Shown: piece after piece, positions 19,103 through 29,209 of the stretch
How positions within the stretch are numbered: the stretch's first letter is position 1
How the letters are laid out: the number at the start of each line of letters is the position of its first letter
IMG/VR virus record: IMGVR_UViG_2654587505_000001
Location: 102,614 to 166,613 of that record
Reading direction: 5' to 3' (one strand)
Source: a virus
Taxonomy: Duplodnaviria; Caudoviricetes
DNA: 64,000 nt
Program-made: the position numbers and the translations under genes
The notes under the pieces: model-generated
Seen by the model: only the letters and a program-made list of their open reading frames with translations
What the model was told of the DNA's origin: nothing
Database searches by the model: none

Positions 19103-20428
19103 ATGAACAAGTTAAAAATCGTAGAGTTATTTGCGGGCATTGGAGCATGGAGTAAAGCATTAGAGAGATTAAACATAGAACACGAAGTTGTTTATGTAGT
19201 AGAATTCGATAAAAAAACTATTGATTCGTATAATATTATACATAACACAAATTTTGAACCAATAGACATTACACAAATTAACCCTAAATCAGTTCCAGAT
19301 TGCGACATAATCTTTTACTCTCCTCCTTGTCAAGCATTTAGTATTGCAGGAAAACAAAATGGATTTGGTGATCCAAGAGGAACTTTATTCTTCGATGCGT
19401 TCAAGATTATTCAAGAAAAGAAACCAAAATATGCAATTATGGAAAATGTTAAGGGACTCACGCAAAAGAAATTTCAGTTTGAGTTTGAAACCATGTTTCA
19501 ACTTTTAGAACAAGAAGGATACAAAAATTATTGGAAAGTATTAAATGCAAAAGATTATGGAATTCCACAAAATCGGGAAAGAGTATTTATTATAAGTATT
19601 AGAAATGATATTGAACAAGAGTTTGAGTTTCCTAAGTCATTTGACAATGGGTTAAGATTAAGAGATTTACTGGAAGAAGAAGTTGATGAGAAGTTTTATA
19701 TAGGTGCAGATAAAGTTGAAAAATTAATAAGAGAATTAAAAGAAAAAGACTTTCTTAACGTCATTGCTGTGAAAGGTGATTTACTAACAAGAAACAACCC
19801 TCAGAGACAATATGGTTTTAATGAAAAAATGTTTACAATTCGTTCTGCTGTTCAGCATGGGGTATTAATTATTGACGATACACAAGGATTTGACGGAATT
19901 AGATATTATGAAGATATTGTTCCCTCATTAAGAAGTCAAAGAAGTGGACTTAAAACCTTAGAAGTTAGACCGTGTTTAACTCCAGATAGAATTAATAAAA
20001 GACAAAATGGACGAAGATTTAAAGAAAATAATGATCCATCTTTTACCATAAACACGCAGGATAAACATGGAATATTACAAATTGGGTTGCTTGACATTAA
20101 AGGAAATGAACAAATTAGACGAGTATATAGCCCAGAAGGGATATCCCCTACTATTAGTACAATGCAGGGGGGAAATAGACAACCAAAAATTATACTAGTC
20201 AAAAAGAGTGACAAATATTATTTTGTGTCGATCAGGAAATTAACACCACTTGAGTGCATAAGGCTTATGGGGTTTGACGATGAAGACTACATAAAACTAA
20301 AAAATAAGAAAATATCAAACAGTCAAATTTATAAAATGGCAGGGAATAGTATAGTAATTGATGTCGTTGAAGCAATTTTAAAACAATTGTTTATACATAA
20401 TAATGAAAAAGTAATAAATAAAAAATAA
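19103..20428 (+). CDS. DNA (cytosine-5) methyltransferase, long variable region
   Basis: ELFAGIG, SPPCQAFS, ENV, QNRERVF, RKLTPLEC, GNS. Confidence 0.95.
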   Translation: MNKLKIVELFAGIGAWSKALERLNIEHEVVYVVEFDKKTIDSYNIIHNTNFEPIDITQINPKSVPDCDIIFYSPPCQAFSIAGKQNGFGDPRGTLFFDAFKIIQEKKPKYAIMENVKGLTQKKFQFEFETMFQLLEQEGYKNYWKVLNAKDYGIPQNRERVFIISIRNDIEQEFEFPKSFDNGLRLRDLLEEEVDEKFYIGADKVEKLIRELKEKDFLNVIAVKGDLLTRNNPQRQYGFNEKMFTIRSAVQHGVLIIDDTQGFDGIRYYEDIVPSLRSQRSGLKTLEVRPCLTPDRINKRQNGRRFKENNDPSFTINTQDKHGILQIGLLDIKGNEQIRRVYSPEGISPTISTMQGGNRQPKIILVKKSDKYYFVSIRKLTPLECIRLMGFDDEDYIKLKNKKISNSQIYKMAGNSIVIDVVEAILKQLFIHNNEKVINKK

Positions 20429-20502
20429 AATCTATCTGTTTTAATGGATTAATTTATCTTTAATGAGGAAACAAATAATTAATTTTAGGAAGTGAAAATA
20501 AA

Positions 20503-20700
20503 ATGGAAGTTCAAAAAGAACAGCATATTAAAAAAGTCGAATATAAATGTCCAAAATGTCTTAACGGGATGCTACTACCAACAGGATTAATGTATATGAC
20601 TTATCCTGCCAAGTATCCACATAAATGCACAGACGAAAAATGTAAATATCAAGAAGTGTTAAATGAGTTGTATCCGAAAATTGTATTTGAAGATAAATAA
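20503..20700 (+). CDS. Zn-ribbon protein
   Basis: CPKC...HKC...C. Confidence 0.65.
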   Translation: MEVQKEQHIKKVEYKCPKCLNGMLLPTGLMYMTYPAKYPHKCTDEKCKYQEVLNELYPKIVFEDK

Positions 20701-20737
20701 GATAAAACTTTGTTTTCATTAGGTTTGAGGTGGTAAA

Positions 20738-21298
20738 TTGGCTAGAGTAACAAAGTGTCGAAGCTGCTTAGTTAAAGATCAGTCAGAAAAAGTAAAAGTT
20801 GATAACATGTATTTTCATGATGGTGAATGTTTAGACAAGTATCGAAAGCATAAACAGTTTCTTGAAAAAGAAAAGCAACAAAAAGACGAATTATTTTATA
20901 AACTTTTAAAAATACATAACATAGAAAAGACAATTGAAATCCCTCCACTTTTTTATATGAAAATTGAGGAAATTAGAAATGATTCGGGTTTACTTGGAAA
21001 AGTAGATAAAAGATATAAAGAGGGAGTTCCTTATAATGCAATAAGTTACACATATGATTACTGTAAAAAAAATATAGAGAATGTCTTATTAAACATGAAT
21101 TTTGAAAATAAGTTAGGTGAAATGTACTATTGTCTTGCTATTGTTAGGAATAATATTGTGGATGCTTATAATCACAAACTCAATCAAATGAAACAAGAGA
21201 AGATACAAAAAGAAGTCGTAACACAAGACATGTCATTAGATTATGAAACACCAAAAAGAATAAGAAAAGATGAAATGGATATTTCGGATATTCTATAG
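20738..21298 (+). CDS. YorH-like replication protein preceding the helicase
   Basis: CRSC/H..C N-terminus, acidic DISDIL tail, position as in SPbeta. Confidence 0.6.
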   Translation: MARVTKCRSCLVKDQSEKVKVDNMYFHDGECLDKYRKHKQFLEKEKQQKDELFYKLLKIHNIEKTIEIPPLFYMKIEEIRNDSGLLGKVDKRYKEGVPYNAISYTYDYCKKNIENVLLNMNFENKLGEMYYCLAIVRNNIVDAYNHKLNQMKQEKIQKEVVTQDMSLDYETPKRIRKDEMDISDIL

Positions 21299-21311
21299 GG
21301 AGTGATTTTCA

Positions 21312-22847
21312 ATTACTAATTACATAGATGCATTTGTTGTACCAAGTGAAATTCATGAATCAATGTTTGTAGGATATCTTTGGAATAAACCAGCTTTATA
21401 TTCAAAATATAAATCACATAAAATTGAGAAAAGTACTTTCACGAAAAGCATATGGTACTTTTATTATTACATAGGGAAAGAAATGTACGAAAACGGAATT
21501 AGATCTTTCGAAGACACTACAGTTTATTCTTTTTTAGTGTCCAGACCTCAAGAAGCAGGTAAAAAATCATTTTTAGACGCTTATAATGAGTTTGGTGGAT
21601 ACGATACCATATTTACGCTAATGGAAGAATGTAATAAGGATCGAGAGAATGATGAGTATCATTTTAGCGAAATTCAAAAGTATGAAAGTCTTAGAAAACT
21701 TCAAGAACTCAATTTTTTAAACGTTCACAGTGAAGAATTTATAAATAAATTAGCTAAACTCTCATTAAAACAAGTAATGTCGTTCTGCCAACACAAGTTT
21801 AAAACAGCATTTTCTCAAATTAATTCGGGAGATGTTATAGAATATAATTTGACTGAAGATATCGAAGAAGTGGTTGATGAATTGGATTTAGGTGAAGAAG
21901 TTGGACTACCGCTATTTGATTCTCCAAGACTGTCAAAAAAGATTAACGGACAAAAACTTGGGAATTTAATGTACTTGGTTTTATCTTCAGGTGTCGGTAA
22001 AAGTAGTATTGTTACAGAGAAATTTGTGCTATCGATATTTGAACATAATATTAAAGCGCTTGATCCTGAAAGTGGTTTGAATTTTGAAAAAGCATTAATT
22101 TTTGTGAACGAAGAAGGTAAAAAACGTTGGCAAGCTCGCTTATTAGCAACTGTCGCTTCCAGAATACTAAAAAAACCTATTGCGCGTGATGTTGTAAACA
22201 GAGGTGGTTACAGTAAAGAAAATAAAGAAACATTAAAAGAGGCAGCAAAATGGTTAAAACAAAATCAACCTGACTACATTAAACTCATTGTTCTTAAAAA
22301 GTATCGAATTGAAGATGTAATCAGCAGAATTGAACTTTATCGACCTCTTGGATACAAACATATTTATTTCGACACATTTAAACCAGAGGTATCACAACAG
22401 GCTGACCGATGGTTAGCATTCTCTAATTCTGCTCAAGAATTATATGATTGTATAAAAGAAGAGGCGAATAATTGCTCTTGTTTAGCTACAGTTCAAATGA
22501 AAATTGGTAAAGAGTTTAGATATATTGATTTAGATAGTATTGGTAAATCAATGGAGATTGTTGAGGTTGCTGCAATTGTTATGGCTGGACGACTCATTTA
22601 CGCAGATGAATATGAAGGTGGTAAAAACCCTATATATGCCTACAACTATGAAAAAGATGCTTTTAGTTCGAAATGGGTGAGAAAGACATATAAGCTTGAT
22701 CCCGAAAAGAAATATCTAATCCTATTCTTACCTAAAAATCGTGAGGGATCTGAAGATGAGCAAATTGTATTTGAGGTTCTTCAAGATTTTAATATTTGGA
22801 GAGAAGTTGCCTACGCTCAAGTCAAAAACACGGGAATAAACAAATAA
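21312..22847 (+). CDS. DnaB-like replicative helicase (YorI-like), probable ATT start
   Basis: Walker A SSGVGKS, FDTFK, KNREG; frame open from ATT 21312 behind GGGAGTGA. Confidence 0.85.
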   Translation: MTNYIDAFVVPSEIHESMFVGYLWNKPALYSKYKSHKIEKSTFTKSIWYFYYYIGKEMYENGIRSFEDTTVYSFLVSRPQEAGKKSFLDAYNEFGGYDTIFTLMEECNKDRENDEYHFSEIQKYESLRKLQELNFLNVHSEEFINKLAKLSLKQVMSFCQHKFKTAFSQINSGDVIEYNLTEDIEEVVDELDLGEEVGLPLFDSPRLSKKINGQKLGNLMYLVLSSGVGKSSIVTEKFVLSIFEHNIKALDPESGLNFEKALIFVNEEGKKRWQARLLATVASRILKKPIARDVVNRGGYSKENKETLKEAAKWLKQNQPDYIKLIVLKKYRIEDVISRIELYRPLGYKHIYFDTFKPEVSQQADRWLAFSNSAQELYDCIKEEANNCSCLATVQMKIGKEFRYIDLDSIGKSMEIVEVAAIVMAGRLIYADEYEGGKNPIYAYNYEKDAFSSKWVRKTYKLDPEKKYLILFLPKNREGSEDEQIVFEVLQDFNIWREVAYAQVKNTGINK

Positions 22848-22870
22848 GGCTTCTTAAGAGGAAGTGAAAA

Positions 22871-23959
22871 ATGGACAATGACTTCAAACTAATAAAACAA
22901 AAAATACTAAATGAAAATAAAGTTGAAGAATTGTTATTACACATGGAATGTGAACATGTAACTCTTAAAGGAAATCGATTTGAAGCTCAATTACCATCAA
23001 AATTTAAAAGTGATAATAAACGATCAGTACAAGTTTATTTAAATGAAAGAATATCATGTAGAATTCGCTCAAGAGGATTTTCTGAAGGAGATATTTTCAA
23101 GCTTGTTTCATTTATTATTTTTGAATGTTTCACAGAAGAATCTCAGAATAAACATAAGTATAAATCTAAAAAATGGATATGTGAAAAATTAGGATATTAT
23201 GAATTCATAAACGGTAATTATTATTCACAGCAAAAACAGGAAGATCCCTTAAAGTGGCTTAAAGAAGTCAGGAAAAAAAGAGTAAAAAAGAATCTGAATA
23301 ATACATATGAAAACAAAATTTTACCTGAAGAAGTATTAAATCAATTTGTAATGTTTCCGTATCTACCATACATTGAAGAAGGTATAAGTTATGAAACACA
23401 AATAGAATTTGAAATTGGTTTCGATATTCAATCTTCCAGAATTATATATCCAATACATAATCGGTTTGGAGACATTATTTCAATTAAGGGACGAACCATT
23501 GATCCAGATTATAAAAAAAAAGGCATTTACAAGTTCATCTATCTGTACAATTACAATAAAATAATTGAATGGTATAATTGGCATAGAGCATTATACTACA
23601 TCCTTGAGAAAAAAGAAGTTATAATTTTTGAGGGAGAAAAATCTTGCTGGTTGGCAACACAATATGGTTATCGTAATTGTATTGCCATTGGGGGGGATGA
23701 TATAAGTGATTTTCAATCTCAAATGATTAAAAACTTAGGGATTGAAATCAAGATTATCATAGCACTAGACAAAGATAAATCAGTAGATGATTTTAAAAAA
23801 CAAGCAAAAAAGTTCGGAAACGCCAGACAGGTTTATGCTCTCTGGGATGGTGAAACAAATTTATTGTCAGAGGAGTTGAAACATAGTCCAGTCGATCTTG
23901 GAATAGATGTTTTTGAAAAACTTTATAAAAAATGCTTCTTTTATAGAATTATCGCATAA
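22871..23959 (+). CDS. DNA primase (YorJ-like, TOPRIM)
   Basis: RIIYPI, KGRT, IFEGEKS, ALDKD. Confidence 0.85.
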   Translation: MDNDFKLIKQKILNENKVEELLLHMECEHVTLKGNRFEAQLPSKFKSDNKRSVQVYLNERISCRIRSRGFSEGDIFKLVSFIIFECFTEESQNKHKYKSKKWICEKLGYYEFINGNYYSQQKQEDPLKWLKEVRKKRVKKNLNNTYENKILPEEVLNQFVMFPYLPYIEEGISYETQIEFEIGFDIQSSRIIYPIHNRFGDIISIKGRTIDPDYKKKGIYKFIYLYNYNKIIEWYNWHRALYYILEKKEVIIFEGEKSCWLATQYGYRNCIAIGGDDISDFQSQMIKNLGIEIKIIIALDKDKSVDDFKKQAKKFGNARQVYALWDGETNLLSEELKHSPVDLGIDVFEKLYKKCFFYRIIA

Positions 23960-23988
23960 GAAAAAACCTTTGTTTATAAGGTTTTTTC
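23960..23988 (+). terminator. Terminator after primase
   Basis: GAAAAAACCTT-loop-AAGGTTTTTTC. Confidence 0.65.
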
Positions 23989-24155
23989 ATCTTAAAAACC
24001 TGATAAAATCCACCTTTTATTGTCTCACAAAAATAAAATCGAATTAAATATTAAACTAAAAAATACACAAACTTTATAAATGAAGTATTGTGTATTTTTT
24101 ATTCTTATGATATATTCTAACTATAAACAAATTATAGAAAACGAGGTGATAAAAT

Positions 24156-24242
24156 ATGTTGTGGGGGGTTCTTTGTGTAGGATGGTTATTCGCAATATTG
24201 TTAATATGTAAGTTCTTTAGCGTAACTTCTGATAAAAAATAA
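24156..24242 (+). CDS. 28-aa hydrophobic peptide
   Basis: RBS GAGGTGA; MLWGVLCVGWLFAILLICKFFSVTSDKK. Confidence 0.5.
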   Translation: MLWGVLCVGWLFAILLICKFFSVTSDKK

Positions 24243-24258
24243 TACATAATAAAGGTGA

Positions 24259-24636
24259 TTGAATACAGTGTGTTTCAGCAGCATAGATGAAATCATAGCA
24301 CATTATACAAGTGAACTTCAAAATAAAAAAAGGAGAATGAATTTGAAAATTACACCAAAAGCATTGAAACAATTTCAAGAATTATGTCCGTTGAGTAGTA
24401 GTAAATGTAATAGTTATCATGAAATTGAGTATAAAATTCATCGTTGCATTCAGTTAGGTGAAATTGCTGCATTAAATAATGATGGATCGAGACAAGTAAA
24501 TTATTATCATCTCAAGTTTACAATTAAAGGTGATAAAGTAATTGATATTAGAAAAGATAAAGGAGGAAGGTATGTTCACGTAAGCGAAAAAGCAAAAAAT
24601 GAATATGATATAATACATAGTAAGATTATGGTTTAA
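24259..24636 (+). CDS. Hypothetical phage protein
   Basis: ORF with RBS. Confidence 0.6.
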   Translation: MNTVCFSSIDEIIAHYTSELQNKKRRMNLKITPKALKQFQELCPLSSSKCNSYHEIEYKIHRCIQLGEIAALNNDGSRQVNYYHLKFTIKGDKVIDIRKDKGGRYVHVSEKAKNEYDIIHSKIMV

Positions 24637-24657
24637 TAAAAAAGGAGGTTTAATTAA

Positions 24658-25485
24658 ATGAAGATTTATATGCTTGGAAAAGGTGTGTATAAGGATTATC
24701 GTGAGATTGTAAAAGGAAATAAGAATATCACAGTAGAATTAGCACAAAGAAAATTAACTAGAAATGTGCATTTGTCTCATCGAGTAAAAATTAGCAAAGA
24801 TATTGAATTGTGTTTTTATGGAAAACTACATATTTATATAAAAAATGATAAAAAGATTATAAAAATATTCAATGCAGGTTATACATATCCTTGGTTTAAG
24901 AGAGATAAAGAAAAATATAATCAATTAAACGAAGTATTAGGACTTATGAAAAAGAAATCTGAGACAACTAATAAGTTGGCGACAAACGCACAAGAGTTAA
25001 CCGAAGCTATGAAAGATTTAATTCCAAAGAATATTACCACAAATGATGTTCATTTTATATGTATAGGAACAGACAGATCGACTGGCGATTCATTGTCTCC
25101 TATGATTGGTACAGAATTATCAAGGTTAGGGTACAAAGTTGATGGAAACTTGGAAACACCAGTACATGCCATGAACATTAATGAATATGTTGAGAAATTA
25201 CCGAAAGATAAAACAATTATCGCTATTGGTTCCGTTTTAGGGAAATTAGAGAATGTAGAAAAAATCCAATTTTCAAAAGGAGGTCATAGAACAGGTGCAG
25301 GTGTGGGGAGGGAGGGATTACCAATAGTTGGTGATTATTCTATTGGTGGCATAGTTAATGTAAGTGGATATATGGAATATTTTGTGCTTCAAAATACACG
25401 TTTAGCAGTAGTAAATAAATTGTCTAAAATTATAGTTGAGGCAATCAAGAATAGATTTCCAATACAAAATGAAGTGGCAATATAG
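24658..25485 (+). CDS. yyaC: Phage domain fused to YyaC-like spore protease (DUF1256)
   Basis: CIGTDRSTGDSL, PVHAMN, GAGVG, LQNTRL. Confidence 0.8.
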   Translation: MKIYMLGKGVYKDYREIVKGNKNITVELAQRKLTRNVHLSHRVKISKDIELCFYGKLHIYIKNDKKIIKIFNAGYTYPWFKRDKEKYNQLNEVLGLMKKKSETTNKLATNAQELTEAMKDLIPKNITTNDVHFICIGTDRSTGDSLSPMIGTELSRLGYKVDGNLETPVHAMNINEYVEKLPKDKTIIAIGSVLGKLENVEKIQFSKGGHRTGAGVGREGLPIVGDYSIGGIVNVSGYMEYFVLQNTRLAVVNKLSKIIVEAIKNRFPIQNEVAI

Positions 25486-25518
25486 GCATAAAATATTATT
25501 TTTATGAGGTGATAAATT

Positions 25519-25692
25519 TTGAAGTGTAAAGATTGTAAATATATACGTGAGATAGATGGTAACGATCAAAAAAATGACATGTGGGGATGTATATTCGGCA
25601 ATGGATTTTATCCAATGTTCTTAGATGAAGATTGCTCATTAAAAGAACCATTTAAAACTCAAGTTTACAATGAACATACTATAAAAGACTAA
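25519..25692 (+). CDS. Small Cys-containing protein
   Basis: RBS GAGGTGA, CKDC; between palindromes. Confidence 0.55.
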   Translation: MKCKDCKYIREIDGNDQKNDMWGCIFGNGFYPMFLDEDCSLKEPFKTQVYNEHTIKD

Positions 25693-25758
25693 TTTTATTT
25701 GAAGGAAAAGTTTATGACAAATGAAGAGATTGCAAAAATAATCGCACAATTAGTTTAT

Positions 25759-27174
25759 CAGTTCTTAGCCAGAATACTACCTCTTTAGGTGGGAGATGAA
25801 TGGCGAAAGTATTGACTTTTTAACATAAAATATAGTAAAAAATGTTATAGAGAGGAGGTGAAAAAAATGAAATTGTCATTCAAATTTAAACAAAAATTAA
25901 GCCAACAACAAATTAATATTATCGAAGAATTATCTTTTCACACAACTAAAATATACAATACAGCAAATTATATATGCCGTGAAACGGAGTATAAATCATA
26001 TACTAAACTTGAAAAAGAATTGAAATCAAACTGGCATAACGAATATTTACACTCACATAATTATCAGCAATGTCTAAAAATTCTTGAACAAAATTGGAAA
26101 TCTTATTTTGCTTCGATTAAAGACTATAAAAAGAATTCAAGTAAATATAAAGGAATGCCGCAACCACCAAAATATAAAAATAACAAAGATAAAAAGAATG
26201 AAGTCATATTCACCAATCTAGCCATTCGATACCAAGATGGGCTATTAAAATTATCTCTTTCTAAAAAGATTAAAGAAAAATTTCAGGTTCAAAGTTTAAA
26301 TTTTGCTATCGAATCTAGCAAAATACCTGTGAATTTTTCTGAAATCCAACAAATTAAAATTAAATGGGATATCTCAGATAAAGAATGGTATTTGATTATT
26401 ATCTACAACCAGCAAGAAGCCAACATTACAGAAAACTTTAAAAATATTATGGCTGTTGATCTTGGTCTTGATAATATCGCAACTTTAACATTTATGGATA
26501 ATAAAGAATGTATTATCGTTGATGGTAAGGAAGCAAAAAGCAAGAACTCATACTACAATAAAGAAATTGCAAGATTAACTTCTGTTGCTATGAAGCAACA
26601 AGGAGATTCTAATTTTTTTAAGCGAACCAAGAAAATTGTTAAATTACAAAAGAAACGCAATAATTATATGAATGACTTTGTTCATAAAGTTAGTAAGAAG
26701 ATTGTCGATTATGCTATTTGGAACGAATGCAAAACAATTGTAGTAGGTGATATTTCAGGAATTAAACAAAATAATGGTACTAAAACTTTTGTACAAATTC
26801 CTATTCAAAAGATTGTAGATAAACTAAAATATAAGGCAGAGTTGCTTGGTATTGAAGTCGTATTGCAAGAAGAATCATATACTTCCGGTTGTTCTGCTTT
26901 GGATATGGAAGAAATCAATAAGCAAAACTATGATAAAACTAGACGAATCCAAAGAGGACTATTTCAAAGCAAGTCAGGTATATTGATTAATGCTGATATG
27001 AATGGATCGTTAAATATTTTAAGAAAATATACTAAATGTACTCCCAGAGCAATTGAAAATGTGAGGGATAATGGATTCTTGAATAATCCAGTAAGAATAA
27101 GAGTTGTGTAACTAAACTTCTTACGAATCCCCCACTTCAACGAGCGCAAGCGAGTAAGTGGAGGGAGTGTTCAA
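25759..27174 (+). mobile_element. IS1341-like (IS200/IS605) tnpB-only element
   Basis: Inserted 3' of TTTAT, subterminal hairpins, ends TTCAA, no target duplication. Confidence 0.85.
25867..27111 (+). CDS. tnpB: TnpB
   Basis: AVDLG, VVGD, EESYTS, INADMNGSLNI. Confidence 0.9.
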   Translation: MKLSFKFKQKLSQQQINIIEELSFHTTKIYNTANYICRETEYKSYTKLEKELKSNWHNEYLHSHNYQQCLKILEQNWKSYFASIKDYKKNSSKYKGMPQPPKYKNNKDKKNEVIFTNLAIRYQDGLLKLSLSKKIKEKFQVQSLNFAIESSKIPVNFSEIQQIKIKWDISDKEWYLIIIYNQQEANITENFKNIMAVDLGLDNIATLTFMDNKECIIVDGKEAKSKNSYYNKEIARLTSVAMKQQGDSNFFKRTKKIVKLQKKRNNYMNDFVHKVSKKIVDYAIWNECKTIVVGDISGIKQNNGTKTFVQIPIQKIVDKLKYKAELLGIEVVLQEESYTSGCSALDMEEINKQNYDKTRRIQRGLFQSKSGILINADMNGSLNILRKYTKCTPRAIENVRDNGFLNNPVRIRVV

Positions 27175-27364
27175 AAACCAAATAATGATGAAAAAGATTT
27201 TGCCGTGCAATTACTGGTCGAAAAACTATGCATTCCAAGAGATATTAATAGTTACACAGAATTAGATGTAGAAAGAAATGTGTTATGGCATTTAAATATC
27301 CATGATGAAGTATACAGTGAGTAAACGAAAGAATGTCTTACAGAAAGAAAGGAGTAAGAAATAA

Positions 27365-27781
27365 ATGATTATTATTGAATGTTCAGGTGAGTATGCATTT
27401 GGTGGAAGAACAGAGGATATATTTGTTATTGAAAATCATGATACGTTAGAAGAGCTTCAAACATACATACAAAATAAGCAGCCAATCAAATGTAAAGAAC
27501 CAACAAACTATGTCAAAAGATTTATTATCGATAAGAGCGCACTACAAGATCGACTTGTATATCTTAATAATTATTTAAAAATCAGACAAGTAGATTTCGA
27601 TTTAATGAATCGTGATGAAATTGATCAATTATATAATCAATCATGCAAGAAGTGTGCTAGTCATGATGGAACTTTATCCGATATACTTAAATGTTACTAT
27701 TCCCCAGATGGGAAAGGTGGATGTTCACAACAATGGGAGCATTTTTCTTGGTTGAAAAATTTATCCAGAAAGAGCAAATGA
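27365..27781 (+). CDS. Hypothetical phage protein
   Basis: RBS AAGGAG. Confidence 0.6.
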   Translation: MIIIECSGEYAFGGRTEDIFVIENHDTLEELQTYIQNKQPIKCKEPTNYVKRFIIDKSALQDRLVYLNNYLKIRQVDFDLMNRDEIDQLYNQSCKKCASHDGTLSDILKCYYSPDGKGGCSQQWEHFSWLKNLSRKSK

Positions 27782-27812
27782 CACAACAAATTTAAAGAGG
27801 TGTTCTCTGAAA

Positions 27813-28181
27813 ATGTTTAAACAAAGACTGAAGACATTTATCTTACATTTAATTGGTATTCCACTTGGGATACTTGTAATGTCAGTTTGGATTGCTTTTA
27901 TTTGGGCTATAAGTGAATATACCCCTTTTCTAGAAATACTAACAATACTATTGGACAAATATCAGTATTACATATTGGGTATAGTAGTTCTGTGTTTTTC
28001 TTTAGCTGCAATATGGAAATTTGTATATTGACTTTTCATAGAACCATATAAAAATTATAAGTTAAATAAAAAAACAAAATGTATTGATGAAGATATAAAA
28101 GAAGTTAAGTACGTTGAAGTTGCAAACGGAGAAGTTAGTCACGGTGAACCGAGTTATGTTAAACAGCGAGAGGATAAATAA
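27813..28181 (+). pseudogene. Membrane protein gene with internal TGA at 28029
   Basis: Frame continues LFIEPYKNY... to TAA 28181. Confidence 0.5.
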
Positions 28182-28327
28182 GGCGAGTTAATTGATAATA
28201 ATGAAAGAATCGGGATTTAAAAAGGGAATGAAAGATAATATTGATTAGGGGAAAAAGTTTATGGGTGGCAGCATCTGTGTTAAAGGTGGGCTGATTATCG
28301 AAATGAGTGAACAATAGGAGGAAATGT

Positions 28328-28594
28328 ATGTGCAAACACGGTGAAACAAAAATTGTAAAGTTAAATAGACCAAGAGAAACATCTGGACGTACAGAGGTTC
28401 CTGTAGATGAGTGTATTGCGGATGAAATTCAATGGTTGAATGATATGGGTGTTTGGACATTAGGGTGTTGTTGTGGTCACGGTACTGGCGAAAAAACCAT
28501 ATTGATTCATTACTCATCAATAAAGTTGACTCAACAATTAGGGTATGTAGCCGAGTATTATGACCATCAAGACACTTGGAATATCAAGAGATAA
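28328..28594 (+). CDS. Hypothetical phage protein
   Basis: VDECIA...TLGCCCGHG; RBS AGGAGG. Confidence 0.7.
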   Translation: MCKHGETKIVKLNRPRETSGRTEVPVDECIADEIQWLNDMGVWTLGCCCGHGTGEKTILIHYSSIKLTQQLGYVAEYYDHQDTWNIKR

Positions 28595-28618
28595 TAAAAC
28601 GAAAGATTTGATTGGAAG

Positions 28619-28996
28619 GTGAAAAATACTTTGTATCGGTGGAAAAGCTTTAAACGTAAAATCAGAAATATCATTAGATGGTTTCCGGTTTTGTTAGACG
28701 ACCGAGATTTTGACTACAATTATCTGCTGATAATCATGAATAAGAAATTAAAACACATGGAGGAATTTTTTCTAACCGACAATACATACACTAAAGACGC
28801 TAGGAAACATGGTCAACAAATAAAAGTTGCAAGAATTTTAACAGATCGACTTATTACCGATGATTATTTTTCCGATAACCTATTAAATAAGAAAAATGTT
28901 GGTAAATGTATAAAACATCAAGATTATCTTAAGCAACAAGACCTAGATTATTTGTGTGAATTGATGAAAAAGAAATTATTTACTTGGTGGGATTAA
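28619..28996 (+). CDS. Hypothetical phage protein
   Basis: DRDFDY...WWD; paralogue fragment at 31253. Confidence 0.7.
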   Translation: MKNTLYRWKSFKRKIRNIIRWFPVLLDDRDFDYNYLLIIMNKKLKHMEEFFLTDNTYTKDARKHGQQIKVARILTDRLITDDYFSDNLLNKKNVGKCIKHQDYLKQQDLDYLCELMKKKLFTWWD

Positions 28997-29038
28997 GCAA
29001 ATAAAACAACGATCTCACAGGGAGGAGAAATAAAACGC

Positions 29039-29170
29039 ATGATACAGTGGATGATGGCTCATCCTTGGATGACATTCTTTATTATTCTAGCAATTGTTTT
29101 TTCTATTGATAATCTACATGTCAACTTAGTTAAATTACGAATGAAAAAGTATGAATCAGAAGACAAATGA
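29039..29170 (+). CDS. 43-aa membrane peptide
   Basis: RBS GGAGG; HPWMTFFIILAIVF; between palindromes. Confidence 0.6.
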   Translation: MIQWMMAHPWMTFFIILAIVFSIDNLHVNLVKLRMKKYESEDK

Positions 29171-29209
29171 AACACGATTTTATTAAGATATTAGGAGGTT
29201 TAAAAATGC

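Larger units (their letters stand above)
25714..27324 (+). pseudogene. 64-aa gene interrupted by IS
   Basis: 25714-25758 joins in frame to 27175-27324 (...QLVY|KPNNDEK...). Confidence 0.75.
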
